Source: Octopus sinensis
Taxonomy: Eukaryota
Direction: 5' to 3'
Assembly: GCF_006345805.1 (NCBI RefSeq)
Contig: NC_043010.1
Coordinates: forward strand, 39,246,001-39,310,000
DNA length: 64,000 bases
A program made the translations under genes and the position numbers. The notes beneath the pieces are model-generated. The model saw nothing but the letters and a program-made list of their open reading frames with translations. It had not been told where the DNA came from and did no database searches. Positions 26,324 through 39,895 of the stretch are shown here, one piece after another (position 1 is the first letter of the stretch; the number at the start of each line of letters is the position of its first letter).

Positions 26324-27021
26324 TCTCTTACTTGTTTCAGTCATTAAACTGCGGCCATGTTGGGGCACCGCCTTGAAGGACTTTAGTCGAACAAACCGGC
26401 CGTAGTATCTTTATTTTTCTGTCACTCTGGTACTCTATTGGTCATCGTTGCCGCACCATCAGGTTACGTGGATGAAAACACATCAACACTGCTTGCATGC
26501 GCTGATAGGGAACAAGCACAGATACAAAGGCACACGCACACACACAAGCAAATATATATATTCTCAATGGGCTTCTTTCACCTTCCATCTACCAAACCTA
26601 CTCACAAAGTTTTGGTCGGTCCGAGACTCTGGTAGAAGACACTTGCCCAAGCTGCCATTATTTTATGCGCCTTTTCCAAGCTTACCCAGGCTCAAGGGCC
26701 CGGTTTCCCGGTTTCGCTGGCGTATGTGTTCCTCCAGATTGACAGAACGCCAGTCCATCGCAGCGTTACTCAAGAAACACGAAGAAAGCGTGAGAGAAAG
26801 TTGGGGCGAAGAGTACATGAGCCGCCACCCACCCCCATGCCGGAGCCTCGTGGACCTTTTAGGTGTTTTCGCTCAATAAACACACATAACGCCCGGTGTG
26901 GTAATCGAATCCGCGATCCTCCGACAGTGAGTCTGCTGCCCTAACCACTGGGCCATTGCGCCTGCAACATGTTGCCATTTCGTGGGACTGAACACAGAAC
27001 CATGTGATTGAAAACACAGCC
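26324..27021 (-). mobile_element. SINE family A, older copy split by a nested SINE C
   Basis: Family A sequence stops at CCCAAGCTGCCA (about 26657) and resumes at TGCCATTTCGTGGGACTGAAC (about 26973). Confidence 0.82.
26660..26965 (-). mobile_element. SINE family C nested in family A, tail ending GAAAAGGCGCATAAAA
   Basis: Head GCAGGCGCAATGGCCCAGTGG. Same tail type as 38022-38314. Confidence 0.88.
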
Positions 27022-27804
27022 GTAATTTACTATTGTCCTTGTGATCACTCCATGCAGGAGTGAACTTTCTTTCACTGCACACCTTGTCTTAAAAGCAGAA
27101 AGCGCTACACACGATGTGGCATCTTAGAAATGCAAGTCTAATGAAATGAAACGCAGTACGGACGATGTGTATGGGGAGATGGCTAAGCTTCATTTTGTGG
27201 CAGCATTTTAAACACGTATAACAACAGATTAGAGAAGAAACAGGGTAGATAAATAAAGAGAGGGAGAGACAGAAAGGGAACGAAAGGAGGGGGAGAGAGA
27301 AAGAGAGGAAAGGGAGGAATCAGTATGAAGGTTGTGTACAAATATCAACTGGTAGGAAACGTTTCAGAAACAGAACAGCGATTACCATATTCCCATTCGA
27401 GCTTGCCCGAATGTATTAACAATATATAGGCACACCATTGTTTCGATTTCAGCATTTTCTCGTCTTCATTATGAATTCTTACCGGTTTGGTTGACACCAG
27501 CACGCACCAGCAAATAATTTAATTTCAAATTCTATAAAGAACCACAAAACATGCTTGGTTTCGTTGATTCGAGGGGGTCTTAGGCTGAAGAAGGTCAATC
27601 AGGACGAAATCCCGTGATGTCAAAGACCCTTTACCTCAGGAAACATAATGAGTTTTAAATACCGTAATCAACTGAAAGAAAAACGTTGTTCTCCGAAGAG
27701 GAAATAAAGTAAGAATTAGTACCTTCACTTTCGAATCTATCGGAAGGTATTAAAATATGTGCGCTATTGTTTTGACTGTCGCTGTTCTCTTTGCAGTTGA
27801 TAAA

Positions 27805-28340
27805 TTAGGTTGTCTGGAAAGTTCGTGCCGATTTATAGTAGCTTACCTTTCGACTTATTTTAGAACATGGTTGAGTCCATAAAATAGCATTTGACTACAC
27901 CTCCATTTAGAGCAACATTTAAGCTATCTTTTCGTGGAAGAAGATTTATGTTCTTATAACCTGTGTTAATTATGTAACCCTTTAAAATGGAAGATAACAA
28001 AGTTCATTTTCGGCACTTGATGCTTTGGGAACTAGACAAAAATTGCTGCACCTCGGTTGCGATGTGTTACCCCACCTTCCATATTCGCCAGATATTGCTC
28101 CTTCGGATTTCCACTTATTCAGGTCACTGCAGAATAGACTTAATGTTAAAGGTTTCAATTCCTTGGATGACGTAAAAAGATACGTTGATGAATTAACTGC
28201 CATGAAACCACCTCAATTCTGGGAAGAGGGTATTTTCAAATTAAAGGAAAGATAGAGGCGTATTCTGCAACAAAACGGTTCATATTTGGTTGATTAAAAT
28301 TGTAATGGCAAGTGTTTATTGACCTTTTTCTTTCCTTTAA
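27805..28340 (+). mobile_element. internally deleted mariner with left TIR only
   Basis: TTAGGTTGTCTGGAAAGTTCGT at 27805. MEDNKVHFRHLMLWE (27987-28031) is fused out of frame to TRQKLL..PHLPYSPDIAPSDFHLFRSLQN..QNGSYLVD* (stop 28295-28297). Confidence 0.88.
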
Positions 28341-29209
28341 ATATTATGAATATTCGAGTATTCGTGGAAAACAAATTAAATCTGAAAACAATTACGACAT
28401 TGACAAACTAATTTCGTTTCAGTTATAAATAAATTGTGAAGATTATACATAAATTTTTAAGGTAATAACGGATACATTTAAATAGCATTCTTTCCGACAA
28501 CAAATCATTTGCTATGATTATTTGAGTGTAAAAAGATTACGTAACGATGTCTCACGTTTAATCGTTTAATAACTGTGTGACTAACGCAAAGTTGATGTTC
28601 GATTTGAGTCTTTGATCACAAAGAATACGTTTGATACAAGAATATTGATTCGTAAGAAAAGCAAATATAAAAGGAGATATTAGTGTCTTTACCCATCCTA
28701 TATCTACGTATATAATCAAACATTAGAAATCTCTTCTACTCGGGTAATAAACCTGGTAAGCATTAATATAGATTCCTTTCAAAACAAGTCTACAAAAAGT
28801 TTAGATTCCGGAGTTGACAAGAGGCAAAGGCAATATATTTTACAACAGAGTAATAAACGTGAGAGTATCCATGGTTAATAATTGTCGAAGGGTTTGTATG
28901 GAAAGAGGAGTCTGTCAAACGAAGTTGGTAGACCGTTTATATTCGCACGTTAATTTGTAAGTAGAACGCTTTCGAACGACAAATGGAGATTTTGTGTGGG
29001 CAATAAAATGACGAAAAATGAAACCACATTTCTAATTCTATAATTCATTGTAATTCTTAAAAGTGTCGCCAGTTCATTGAAAACTGCTAATCTAATATAG
29101 AAATCACGCGGCATCATATTTTCTTATTAATGTTTGTTTAATAACTTTGTCACATTTTAAAATCAATTCTTTTAAGAATTCCTATACAAACACATTTCTA
29201 TTTACACGC

Positions 29210-29421
<212 letters not shown>

Positions 29422-29743
29422 ATATATAGGTATATGTGGGTGGGTGTATGTATGCATGTATGTTTATATGTATGTGTATACATACACACGTACACACATG
29501 ATTTATATATGCAGACATACTTACAACAGCACATATATGTATATTGTATATCCTATCATATTTGATAACGGTTTTTAAGCAAATATATCCTCTTTAATGA
29601 TATATTTATTCTTTCAATCCTACGCCAAAATCTTTAAATTTATTTTAAAACAAATTGTTAGTATATACATACACACATAGACACACACATTCATACATAT
29701 ATAAATATATACATACATATATTATATCATATATATATATTAC

Positions 29744-29815
<72 letters not shown>

Positions 29816-30389
29816 ATATGTATACATAAACATATACATACCTACATACAATACAGGAACGTACACACACACACACGCACACATACAAGCGCTTACACAC
29901 GCACATTCATATTTACATACATGCATAGGTTTTGCTGTACATCAGTTACTGCGCTGTTGCGAACTAATAAATTTAGAGTGATATCGTTCTTATCATTGAA
30001 GTGGAAATCTGTTTAAATCAAGGAAACGCAATTTGTTTGAAGATTTATTTATAAGTGTTTCCTTTTGGTACCATTGTAAACATATGTGACAATTATATTG
30101 AGCGGAGAGTCATTGTATGTATGTATGTATGTATGTATGTATGTATGTATGTATGTATGTATGTATGTATGTATGTATGTATGTATGTATGTGTTTGTGT
30201 CTCAGAGTTTGTGTATCGCTGTTTATTGTGTCCTTGCGTTCTCGCTTTGGTAAGCATCTGATTTGTATTTCTGAATTGATATATCGACTCTAATAATGTT
30301 TATTAACGCATCGATTGGGTAGAGTTGATAGGATAACAGAGAGTAAGCTCTAAGTTTAATGGTTCATATTGACGATGAATCCATAACAC

Positions 30390-30805
30390 GGTGGTCTTTT
30401 TCTTCCTCTTCTCCTTCTTCTTCTTCCTCCCCTTCCACTTCTTCATTCTTCTCCTTTTTTTTTCTATTTCTTCTTTCTTTTCTTCCTCTTCTTCTTCTTC
30501 TTTCTTCTTCTTCTTCTTCTTCTTCTTCTTCTTCTTCTTCATCATCATCATCATCATTCTTCTACCTCCTTTACTTCTTCTTCAACTTCTTCTTCTTCTT
30601 CTCATCTACTTCTTCTGTTTATCCTCCTCGTCCTCCTTTTTCTTCCTCCTCTTTTGTTCTTCTTCTTCTTCATCTACTTCTTCTTCTGTTTATCCTCCTC
30701 GTCCTCCTTTTTCTCCCTCCTCTTTTGTTCTTCTCTATCTTCTTCTACTTCTTCTTCTTTTCGTACTACTAATGTCTAATATATAAAAAAATCACAATGT
30801 ATTTT

Positions 30806-30856
<51 letters not shown>

Positions 30857-30860
30857 TACT
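30390..30860. repeat. (TTC)n/(CTC)n pyrimidine tract with an internal duplication of about 65 bp, then (CTA)n
   Basis: CATCTACTTCTTC..TGTTTATCCTCCTCGTCCTCCTTTTTC occurs twice, at about 30602 and 30670. Confidence 0.9.
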
Positions 30861-30908
30861 TCCCTCTTTTTATACTTTCATCATCAATATCAGCATCGTC
30901 GTCGTTGT

Positions 30909-30954
<46 letters not shown>

Positions 30955-30960
<6 letters not shown>

Positions 30961-31085
30961 TTTATAGAAGGAGCTTCTACAGGACTAGAACTGTTTCATT
31001 CAAATGAAATCATCAGGAGCTTCCTGATGATTTCATTTGAATGAAACTGTTCTAGTCCTGTAGAAGCTCCTTCTATAAAATAAAT
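30955..31085. mobile_element. 131-bp palindrome with hammerhead motifs, probable Penelope-like terminus
   Basis: 64-bp arms around GCT (31019-31021), one mismatch (30992/31048). (TA)n on the left; a 65-bp extension then (CA)n(TA)n on the right. Confidence 0.8.
31016..31070 (+). ncRNA. type I hammerhead-like ribozyme with weak stem II
   Basis: GGAGCTTC-CTGATGA-TTTCATTTGAAT-GAAA-CTG(TTCTAGTC)CTG-TA^GAAGCTCC. 8-bp stem I. Stem III has a U.U mismatch that is a perfect A-U pair in the minus-strand copy (30970-31024). Stem II is closed by U.U. Confidence 0.65.
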
Positions 31086-32295
31086 TAATTTACTCTGCTA
31101 TGTATTGAGTACCTTATTTACTGTGGTTAACCCCGACTCAACCCGGGACCTACACACACACACACACACACACACACAAATATATATATATATATATATA
31201 TATGGATCGTCATTTAGTCAGCAGATAATATTCGTTGGAGTATTTCGCAGTTCTCACTAGAAATAGATTCAAAATTAGTTGTTCGGGTGGAGATGGTTAA
31301 AGCTAATAATATTTACTATTGAATCTTTATAGAATTCAAATACAACAGGTGATGTTCTCACCAATCAGGGAGCGCCGATAGCCAGATAACGTACAATAAC
31401 CGTTTGAATAAATATTTTTTGTGTAAAAGTGCTAATAAAAATATTATTGAATTTCTCGATATAATTCAGAGGAAGAATCAGTGTTTGTTTAACGATGAAA
31501 GCGCTATAATGGTCCAATTTGATTTTGCCTTTTCAAATTTCACAAATATTAAACAACTTGATTCAATAAACATTAAACACTGTTATGTTAAACTAATTTT
31601 AATTAAGTATCGACTAAATTACTTATCGATTATCTGCCTTTCAACAATGGAACACTGTCAACGGTATTGAAAAACGAAAAACTATTTTCGTTTTCTTTAC
31701 TGATCGTCTTTTTTACTTTTCTTATAAAACCTCAATAACGCCAAAATGTAATTATTAATATGACATATAGAATCAGATTTATCAAGCAAATATAATAAAA
31801 CTGTCTTTTTTCTCTTTTTAATTAATGGTGTTGTCTGGAGTAAAGTCCATTCCCGCGATCCGAAATTCGTAAGATCAACCCTGTTATGGTTCCAGTTCAA
31901 TGGTTTCAACATTGGGACACAAGAAACTCTGTTTGTTACTTAATGTTTTACTTAATGTATCACAGTTACTCCATTATCAATCGCTTTTTAGTCTTTCTTG
32001 GTATATTTTTTATTTATACTTTTGCGTATCACATTCGATATGTCTCTTTTCAACGTATTCTTGTTTTCATCGATGTAAGGTGAGAATGTTCGTGATCTAC
32101 TTATAAGTACATTATGAAATAATGTACTCAGATACATTGTGTCCGGTTCCATTCAACTGCACTCTACCTCGAAAATATCTCTCCTATAAGAGAATGATTT
32201 CACCAAGTTATTCTGAGTGAAATTTCGTTGTCAGGAAAATGATGGAAGCATGTCGTAAAAACTATTTGTTTTTCTTAATTAATCCTTTCTCCTGG

Positions 32296-32577
32296 AATCA
32301 CAGTGCCTTGAATTTGGGGGAAGGGATTAAGTCAATTACATCAACTCCAGTGCGTTACTGGTACTTACTTAATTAATCCCGAAAAGACGAAAGGCAATGT
32401 CGACCTCGGTGGAATTTGAACTCAGTACATAGCGGCTGAACGAAATACCTATTTTTTACTACCCACAAGGGGCTAAACACAGAGAGGACAAACAAGGACA
32501 GACAAACGGATTAAGTCGATTATATCGACCCCAGTGCGTAACTGGTTTTTATTTAATCGACCCCGAAAGGTTGAAAG
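32296..32577 (-). mobile_element. SINE family B, two partial tandem units
   Basis: GTCGACCTCGGTGGAATTTGAACTCAG, CCCACAAGGGGCTAAACACAG, CGACCCCGAAAGG. Confidence 0.85.
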
Positions 32578-33049
32578 TACAAGTAGTGTCTTGTAGTTAC
32601 GGTTTCAAAGCACAGTTATACCATTAAGTCTCTATGATATCCCCCATTAATGGCAGGTCTGCGAGAGCTCTTTACCGTAGCTAGAATAAGTTCTATCAAT
32701 GGACTGGCATCTTCCATGTGTAAATAGCTTTCACTGATTAGATGTTTCTTTCATTTTGTTGTCAACGATTTTCTTTTCTTTTCATATATAATACCATTGA
32801 TATCTCTTTTAGCGTCTACATAAGTCCCGGCACATCTTCTCTGGGTTGATTAATTTGTTTTTGAAGCATTTTGATAAGCACCAACCGCAAATTTTGGGGC
32901 CCCATAGCTACAAAACTGCTGTTATATAATTTAGATACTTTTTAATTGCTTTTGTTGTTTTATGTGCTAATGTCTTTTTTTTTTGTTCATGTAAATATAT
33001 TCTCTTTTTTCTTGTAACAAACTCACTGCAAAGAAATATCTGTGGCGGT

Positions 33050-33320
33050 GTCCCCGCTGACTATTGAAACGTATCTCTCATATTTTCCCAGCGCTGGATC
33101 ACGATGTATCGTATCACCATGAAAGGAAATATATCCCACTACAAATTGTTGACACTTGGATAAATTTGGCGGGACAAATTTTCACTACTTGTGTTAGTGT
33201 TGGTAATGGGAACCTCAAAGATATGGGCAAATGTTCCCGCTAAATCGTTTACTCAAATGTTCTGGAAAATTTAGCATATGGTTATAAAAGTCTAACCAGA
33301 TACATCATTCGTCCACGGGA
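33050..33320 (-). pseudogene. possible heavily decayed hAT transposase C-terminal dimerisation region
   Basis: Minus-strand frames give NFP.. and HIFEVPITNTNTSSENLS, loosely like the hAT PVTT-S-ERSFS motif, then ISFHGD. Weak. Confidence 0.2.
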
Positions 33321-34737
33321 ATCTAGGACACGTTGTTCAGTAAGTTGGTCTCCAACTCTCTTTTTCTTATTTCATCATGCTTGTGTGGTGTTCGAGAAAT
33401 GACTCCAGACTTGAATTTTACCGTCAAATGAAGCACACCGTTATATTGAGCGGTTTCAATATATTTTGCCTTCAAAAACTATGAGCTACATTCATGATAT
33501 TATCTATCATGTTGCTTTGCAGAAAACACCCAACTAATATGTTCGTTGTTTCAAGAACGTTGTTTTATAAGACTATAAGTACACACGTAATTATAAACGA
33601 TGCAGGTTAATATCCTATGTGGAAACACAAATTAATACTAATCTGGTCATTCTTATTTTCACATGCAGTCAACTTCATATTATTAACTACCAAAAAAGAG
33701 TTTATGAATTAAACACCATACAGAAATCTTGTATTCTTGAAGTGTGTTGTTTTGGTCGTAGTATGTGTAGGTTAAGTTATCCTTTCAAGATGTTCCATCA
33801 GAGAAAGTACTGCCATAAACATTTTCTACTTAGAATGAATATTTATAGTTAAAGGGTGATTAGAGTGAACATAAAGCTGATACCTAGATATTTTCGACTT
33901 GCTATTTTTCTTTTGTTTCCGGGGAGACGTTAGGGTCAATATGAAAGAATATTTTTCCAAACTAATTTTTGTCATATTTAAATTGTTGAGAGAAATTATT
34001 CCGTCATATTCTGTAATGATAATCACTAAGGAACATCGTTCATGCACTCCTGTTCAAAACACTAAAATATTTACAACCACATCATAACAAAATTAATAAA
34101 CACTGGTAATTAAAGACCAACTTGCCTTTGTTTCATGTCAACCGATGCCAATTACTATTGGTTATCAATCAAAGAAATCGACTCTAGGAGAAAAAAGAAA
34201 ATGTAGGAGAGTTATATTAGCATAAGACTTAACATCTCACTTGTATTTACGCTCATAGTTTCAGGACACAGGGGTTGCCATGAAAGCAAGAATTTACGTA
34301 AAAGTATTGATGGGCAATGAAAAAGCTTTGAAGATCCTGGGTTGGACTTGGGTTTGCACACACTAATCAAGTTTCGTTCCCATCCATGTTCCAGCTGTCA
34401 CATTTGAAGATTATTTTGAAATCTATTGTCTTACATAACAACAATATGGCAGCAAGAACTGTGATGGTTGAATAGATTACGTGTTGCGTAGCTACACTGA
34501 TATATTGCAAAAATCAGAGAACAAGGAACGTCGTAACGAAAACTTAAAAAGAGAAACAAAATCATGTGAGCATATATTCACAATGCAAAGCAACGAATCC
34601 TTCAACAAACTCTTCTGTAGTTCCTAAATTAGAAATAATGTAGTATTAGATACATATACGAGAGTTAAGGTTAGAACAAAATTTAATTTTGATTTCAAAT
34701 TTTTTTCTAGAAAGGACAGCTTGCAGCTGGGTATGAA

Positions 34738-35262
34738 GTCGATAACATCGACCCCAGTGCGTAACTGGTTCGTATTTAATCAACTCCGAAAGGAAGAAAG
34801 GCAAAGTCGACTTCGTCGGAATTTGAACTTAGAATGTGGCGACGGACGAAATGCCACTAAGCATTTCACCCGAGGCGTTAATAGTTATTTTCTACTGTAG
34901 GCACAAAGCCCGAAGTTTTTGGGGAGGCGGCCAGTCGATTAGATCGACCTCCGTACGCAACTGGTACTTAATTTGTCGACCCCGAAATGATGAAAGGCAA
35001 AGTCAACCTCGATGGAATTGAACTCAGAATGGAGTGACGGGCGAAATACCTATATCTATTTCTTTACTACCCACAAGGGGCTAAACACAGAGAGGACAAA
35101 CAAGGACAGACAGACGGATTAAGTCGACTACATCGACCCAGTGCGTAACTGGTACTTAATTTATCGACCCCGGACGGATGAAAGGCAAAGTCGACCTCGG
35201 CGGAATTGGAACTCAGAACGTAAAGGCAGACGAAATACTGCTAAGCATTTCGCCCAGCGCTT
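34738..35262 (-). mobile_element. SINE family B cluster, three units
   Basis: Three GGCAAAGTC(G/A)AC..GAACT segments and two 3' end variants. Confidence 0.88.
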
Positions 35263-36210
35263 AGAATTTTCCAATCTCGCCGGCTTAGAACAATATTTAC
35301 TAATAGCCAAAGACGACCAGAAATGAATTTGCGACACATAAACTATATAAATATATAAATGGCGTAACAAATGAAAAAAAAATGAGATTCAGTTCAACAA
35401 AATTTATTACAGTAACCACCAAAAATTCTTGAACTTAGAAAGCTGCGACTTCAAATTCCCAGCTCTACAACAAAGACACGTCATTTCTATATATTATTGC
35501 ACACGTAGGCAATTTTTGTGCTGCTTTCGCAATTCTATATGCCATTTACTTACAGGCAATTATTTATACACATACACATATACATATTTTCATATTTTTA
35601 TATTGTCTGACGATTTATCACGTAATGTCTGTCTTCCGTCTTTCTCTTTCTCCCTTCTGTTTACATATGTATGTATACGTAGGTATTGGTGACTTGTCTG
35701 TGCAGATAACGTATGCGTGTATGCATAAATAAAGAAACGCCTATCCATATATATGTATATATGTGTGTGTATATGCATAACCATATGTGTATATATATCT
35801 TTTTATTTATATTTATACATGTATAAGCACACGCACAAACACATACACATCTATGTATATATATATATATATGAAAATATATAAGGCATACACAGGCATT
35901 CACGTGTACACACATACACATATACATACATATATATACATGTATCTCACACATGTACATACATATATACATACATGCACACATAAACGCACATACAATC
36001 AAGTAAATTACAATGATATGCACATCGCAGGAGAGTCAGTCTTTAGCAAGGTTAATTCTTTAGTCTGCCTCGTGCCAGAAGCATGGGGAAGCGAAATACG
36101 GAATATTACAATTTAATCATTCCAATATACTTTCTCTAATCACGCAATGTTATACGGTTATGAAATACTAAATGTAAAAGCGTAAATATATACATAAACA
36201 TATGCATATT

Positions 36211-36241
<31 letters not shown>

Positions 36242-36257
36242 GTATACACACACTAAC

Positions 36258-36298
<41 letters not shown>

Positions 36299-36377
36299 GT
36301 CTCGATATGCAACGATATTCATGAGGTTACATACATAATGCAACATATACAAAAGTGCACGTATACATACATACACG

Positions 36378-36765
36378 GTTGGCACTCTTCACTCCGTCGG
36401 TTGCGACGACGTGGGTTCCAATTGATCCGATTAACAGAACAGTCTGCTCGTGAAATTAACGTGCATGTTGCTGAGTACTCCACAGACACATGTACACTTA
36501 ACGTAGTTCTCGGGGAGATTCAGCGTGACACTGTGTGTGACAAGGCTGGCCCTTCGAAATAGATGTACAACAAAAACAGGAATAAAAAGTGAGAGTAAGT
36601 TGTGTTGAAAGAAAACAGCAGAGTTCACCACCATCCCTTGCCGGAGCCTCGTGGAACTGTAGGTGTTTTCGCTCAACAAACACATTCAACGCCCGGTCTG
36701 GAAATCGAAACCATCATTCTTCGACCGCCAGTCCGTTGCCCTAACCACTGGGCCATTGCACCTCC
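36378..36765 (-). mobile_element. SINE family C, tail ending CGTCGCAACCGACGGAGTG..GTGCC
   Basis: Head GGAGGTGCAATGGCCCAGTGG. Tail shared with 49400-49715 and 51477-51580. Inserted in (CATA)n. Confidence 0.9.
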
Positions 36766-37058
36766 ACACATACATACATACATACATACAAGCATACATG
36801 CACACATGCAAAAATACCCTCTTGTTAATGTTGAAATTCCATACATACATACATGCATACATACATACATACATACATACATACATACATACATACATAC
36901 ATACATACATACATACATACATGCATATGCTTGTGTTCATATCGGTACTCTTTCGTTTCTGCCAGGCTGGATATAGGCAGATTAGAGTTCTTATATTCTT
37001 ACTGCCGCAATTTTTATTTTAAAATGGTGAAATCTGTATCTAATCCCAGAATATATTA

Positions 37059-37322
37059 CAGTGATCCCTCACCATACCGCGGTTCAGTTATCGCGCATCA
37101 GTACATCGCGGTTTACCTATCGCGTATTCAGTACATCGCGGTTCATCTATCGCGCACTCTGTACATCGTGGATTTTTCTGAATAATATATGTAAATTTGT
37201 CTCGCAGACTCCTCAGTATATCGCGGGTTTCTGCAGCTGATAAGTATATTTATTTTTTATGTTTTAATTATTTCTGTGGAAGGTTTTAGAACGTAACACC
37301 CGCGATAGTCGGGAGATTACTG
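37059..37322. mobile_element. Tigger/pogo-like MITE (Tc1/mariner superfamily)
   Basis: TA-CAGTGATCCCTC.. and ..GGGAGATTACTG-TA. Internal tandem repeat of about 30 bp, three copies, at 37077-37175. Confidence 0.8.
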
Positions 37323-37480
37323 TAATGATATTTTTTCTGTGTTTATGTATTTTTGACTTTTTTTTTTCATGTTCAACCCTATACACATAATGTTCTGTGG
37401 TCTAACTTAGTGACAACAGTAAAAATATACTTTTCAAGAGTTTTCTCAATTCTTAATAAGATGTGCATTTGAGGGCCAAA

Positions 37481-38485
37481 GGGCATATTAGAACAATTAC
37501 CCTACTAGGACAATTACAATACGACAACTAAGACAATTACACTACGATAACTAACCCCCTAGGACAACTAACCCCCCCCCCTGGTTAATTACCTCCTCTT
37601 CAATATATTAAGAAGTTTTTAACCATCATCTAAAAGTGCAAATTATACGCGATTACTCGCAAATATTGTATCACATTTATAATTTCATAACGGCAATAAT
37701 GCGGACTAAAATATTCAAATATTTCTTTCTAGAAATAATCCACAACAAACACATTTCGTCAATATTAAAGTCTTCATTAGATTTTAAATAACATTATCAA
37801 AACGTAAAGGTAAAACAAAACAAATATGATTTATTTTCTTCCAGGCACCAATATACTGTAACAGTAGTTTTTCACGTTGTTCACCGACCGACTTTTCCTT
37901 TGAAAAATTCAGTGGAATCATTCGATCACCTTACACAAATTATTTTCCTCCTGAAACTTAAAAAAGAATACACACCTTTCTCTAAGCCGATACATTAAAT
38001 TTCCCCCAGATAAAAAATAGTGGAGGGGTAATGACCCAGTGGTTAGGGCAGCGGACTCGCGGTCGGATGATCGCGATTTCGATTCCCAGACCGGGCGTTG
38101 TGTGTGTTTATTGAGCGAAAATATCTAAAGCTCCACGAGGCTCCGGCGGAGATTGGTGGCGACCCCTGTTGTACTATTTCGCTCACCCTTTCTTCCTGTT
38201 TCTTGACTAACGCTGCGACGAACTGGTGTCCCGTCCAGCCGGGGCGAATACATACGCCATAGAAACCGGGAAACCGGGCCCATGAGCCTCGTTAGGCTTG
38301 AAAAGGGCGCATAAATTAATAATAATAAATAGCGGCTTATACACCGGAAAATACGGTACACATCGGGGATTAACTGCTTAGGGATAATTATCCTTGTGGG
38401 TAATTGTCCTAGTGGGTTGTTGCCCTGAGAGATAATTGTCCTCGGGGGTCTATTGTCTTTAGGAGGGTAAATCTCCGAGACACCC
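37481..38485. mobile_element. non-autonomous DNA element with inverted arrays of GGACAATTAC subterminal repeats
   Basis: (G/A)ACAATTAC and GACAACTAA repeats at 37490-37590 are mirrored by GTAATTGTCC and GATAATTGTCC repeats at 38370-38470. Carries a SINE C insertion. Confidence 0.6.
38022..38314 (+). mobile_element. SINE family C, tail ending GAAAAGGGCGCATAAA
   Basis: TGACCCAGTGG A box and GATTTCGATTCCC B box. Tail as in 26660-26965. Confidence 0.9.
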
Positions 38486-39895
38486 AAAGGGAAGCCGTGC
38501 AACAAAGTATACATCTTCTGTATATATTACTCCAGGCTGGTATGCGCTGAATCATCTGATAAGATCCTGTAAGAGAAATATGTGGCTGAATGTCACAAAT
38601 AAATACGTTAGTAAATAACATTTGCGTTCGCAGTATGGCTCTGACTTGAATCCCTTATTGCAAAGACATTTCAACATAATACGTCGTATAATATACTTTT
38701 TAGTGGATGTGTATATGTGTGCTTGTTTCTATACTTTTAATATGTATTGGTGTATATGTGAGCGTGCGTGTATCAGAGTGTTTGTAACTTTAAGTATATG
38801 GGGCTACATACACTTGTGTCAGTACGTGTCTGTGTCCCATGCATATTTATACATACATACATACATATATACATACATACATACATACATGGGTGTATGT
38901 GGGTGTCTTATAAATGGATATTACGAAATACAGCTGCTGAATTCCCGATAGATAAGTGCAAAAGGTTATTTATGCAGTTTCCGATTCTGCATATTAAGCA
39001 TCGGAGAATTACTTTTCTCTTGTATTATATATATATATAAATGTATTTTGTTTGACTCTCTACTCCGTATTGCCTGACAAGATAAATGGTTTAATATGAT
39101 CCTGTCAGACATAAGCTATTACACACTACATGGACGGTGAGTTATGATTATGTTAATACAAATACGGGCGATTACTTTGCCAGATGCAGTTGATCACTTA
39201 AATATAACAGTATGGTCAGTATTTACTTACCACCTAGATCTCATTCGTACTTCTTTTTTATCTCTTTTTTTTTTGAGTTGAAATTGGGTTCCAGTCATAT
39301 TTACGTATTGTTTTCTTTTGGTTCCAAATACCAAATACATTTCCTATAGATTTTCCCCTGAGATTATGTAACATTGTTCATTTATATCAGCAGGAAAACT
39401 TCAGCGATTGCGTGAGTATAATGACTTCGGCGCATATAATAGCAGTATGATAGGAATTTAATACATTTTTACTACAGATTAAAACTGCATTCCATTACCG
39501 TTTCTTTGCTAATGTTTACCTCACTATCTTCTGGCAATAAACTATAATACGCTGATGTCCATATACTCTGATGTATATCCATCGGAGCACCCTAAACAAA
39601 TATTTTTTTATGATACTGTGATGATAAAATAAGTGACTACCATGCTATTGGCTCTTAAAAAAATGTTTGTGTTATGATACTTGTGTGAGAAATCGTAACG
39701 TTTCTCTTATTTTCTGTAATGTGTAATGATGCGCAATTTAAAAGATATAAACAAATTGCTCTGCACGAAATTTAATCGACTGCAGAAGATACCAGAGGTG
39801 CCGTGATAACAGGGCCCACTATTCATAGCCTGCTGCAGAGGATCGAACAGACATGTGCAATATGATTTTTTCAATATTCTGTTGAACTATGTAAG

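Noticed and set aside
30303-30786. Poly-S, poly-F, poly-K and poly-E ORFs
   Set aside because: They come from trinucleotide tracts, with no domain content or splice context.
31330-31400. Possible short host exon after CTTTATAG
   Set aside because: No convincing donor site, reading frame or protein motif.
32106-32128. 9-bp hairpin AGTACATTA-TGAAA-TAATGTACT
   Set aside because: Too short and AT-rich to distinguish from chance.
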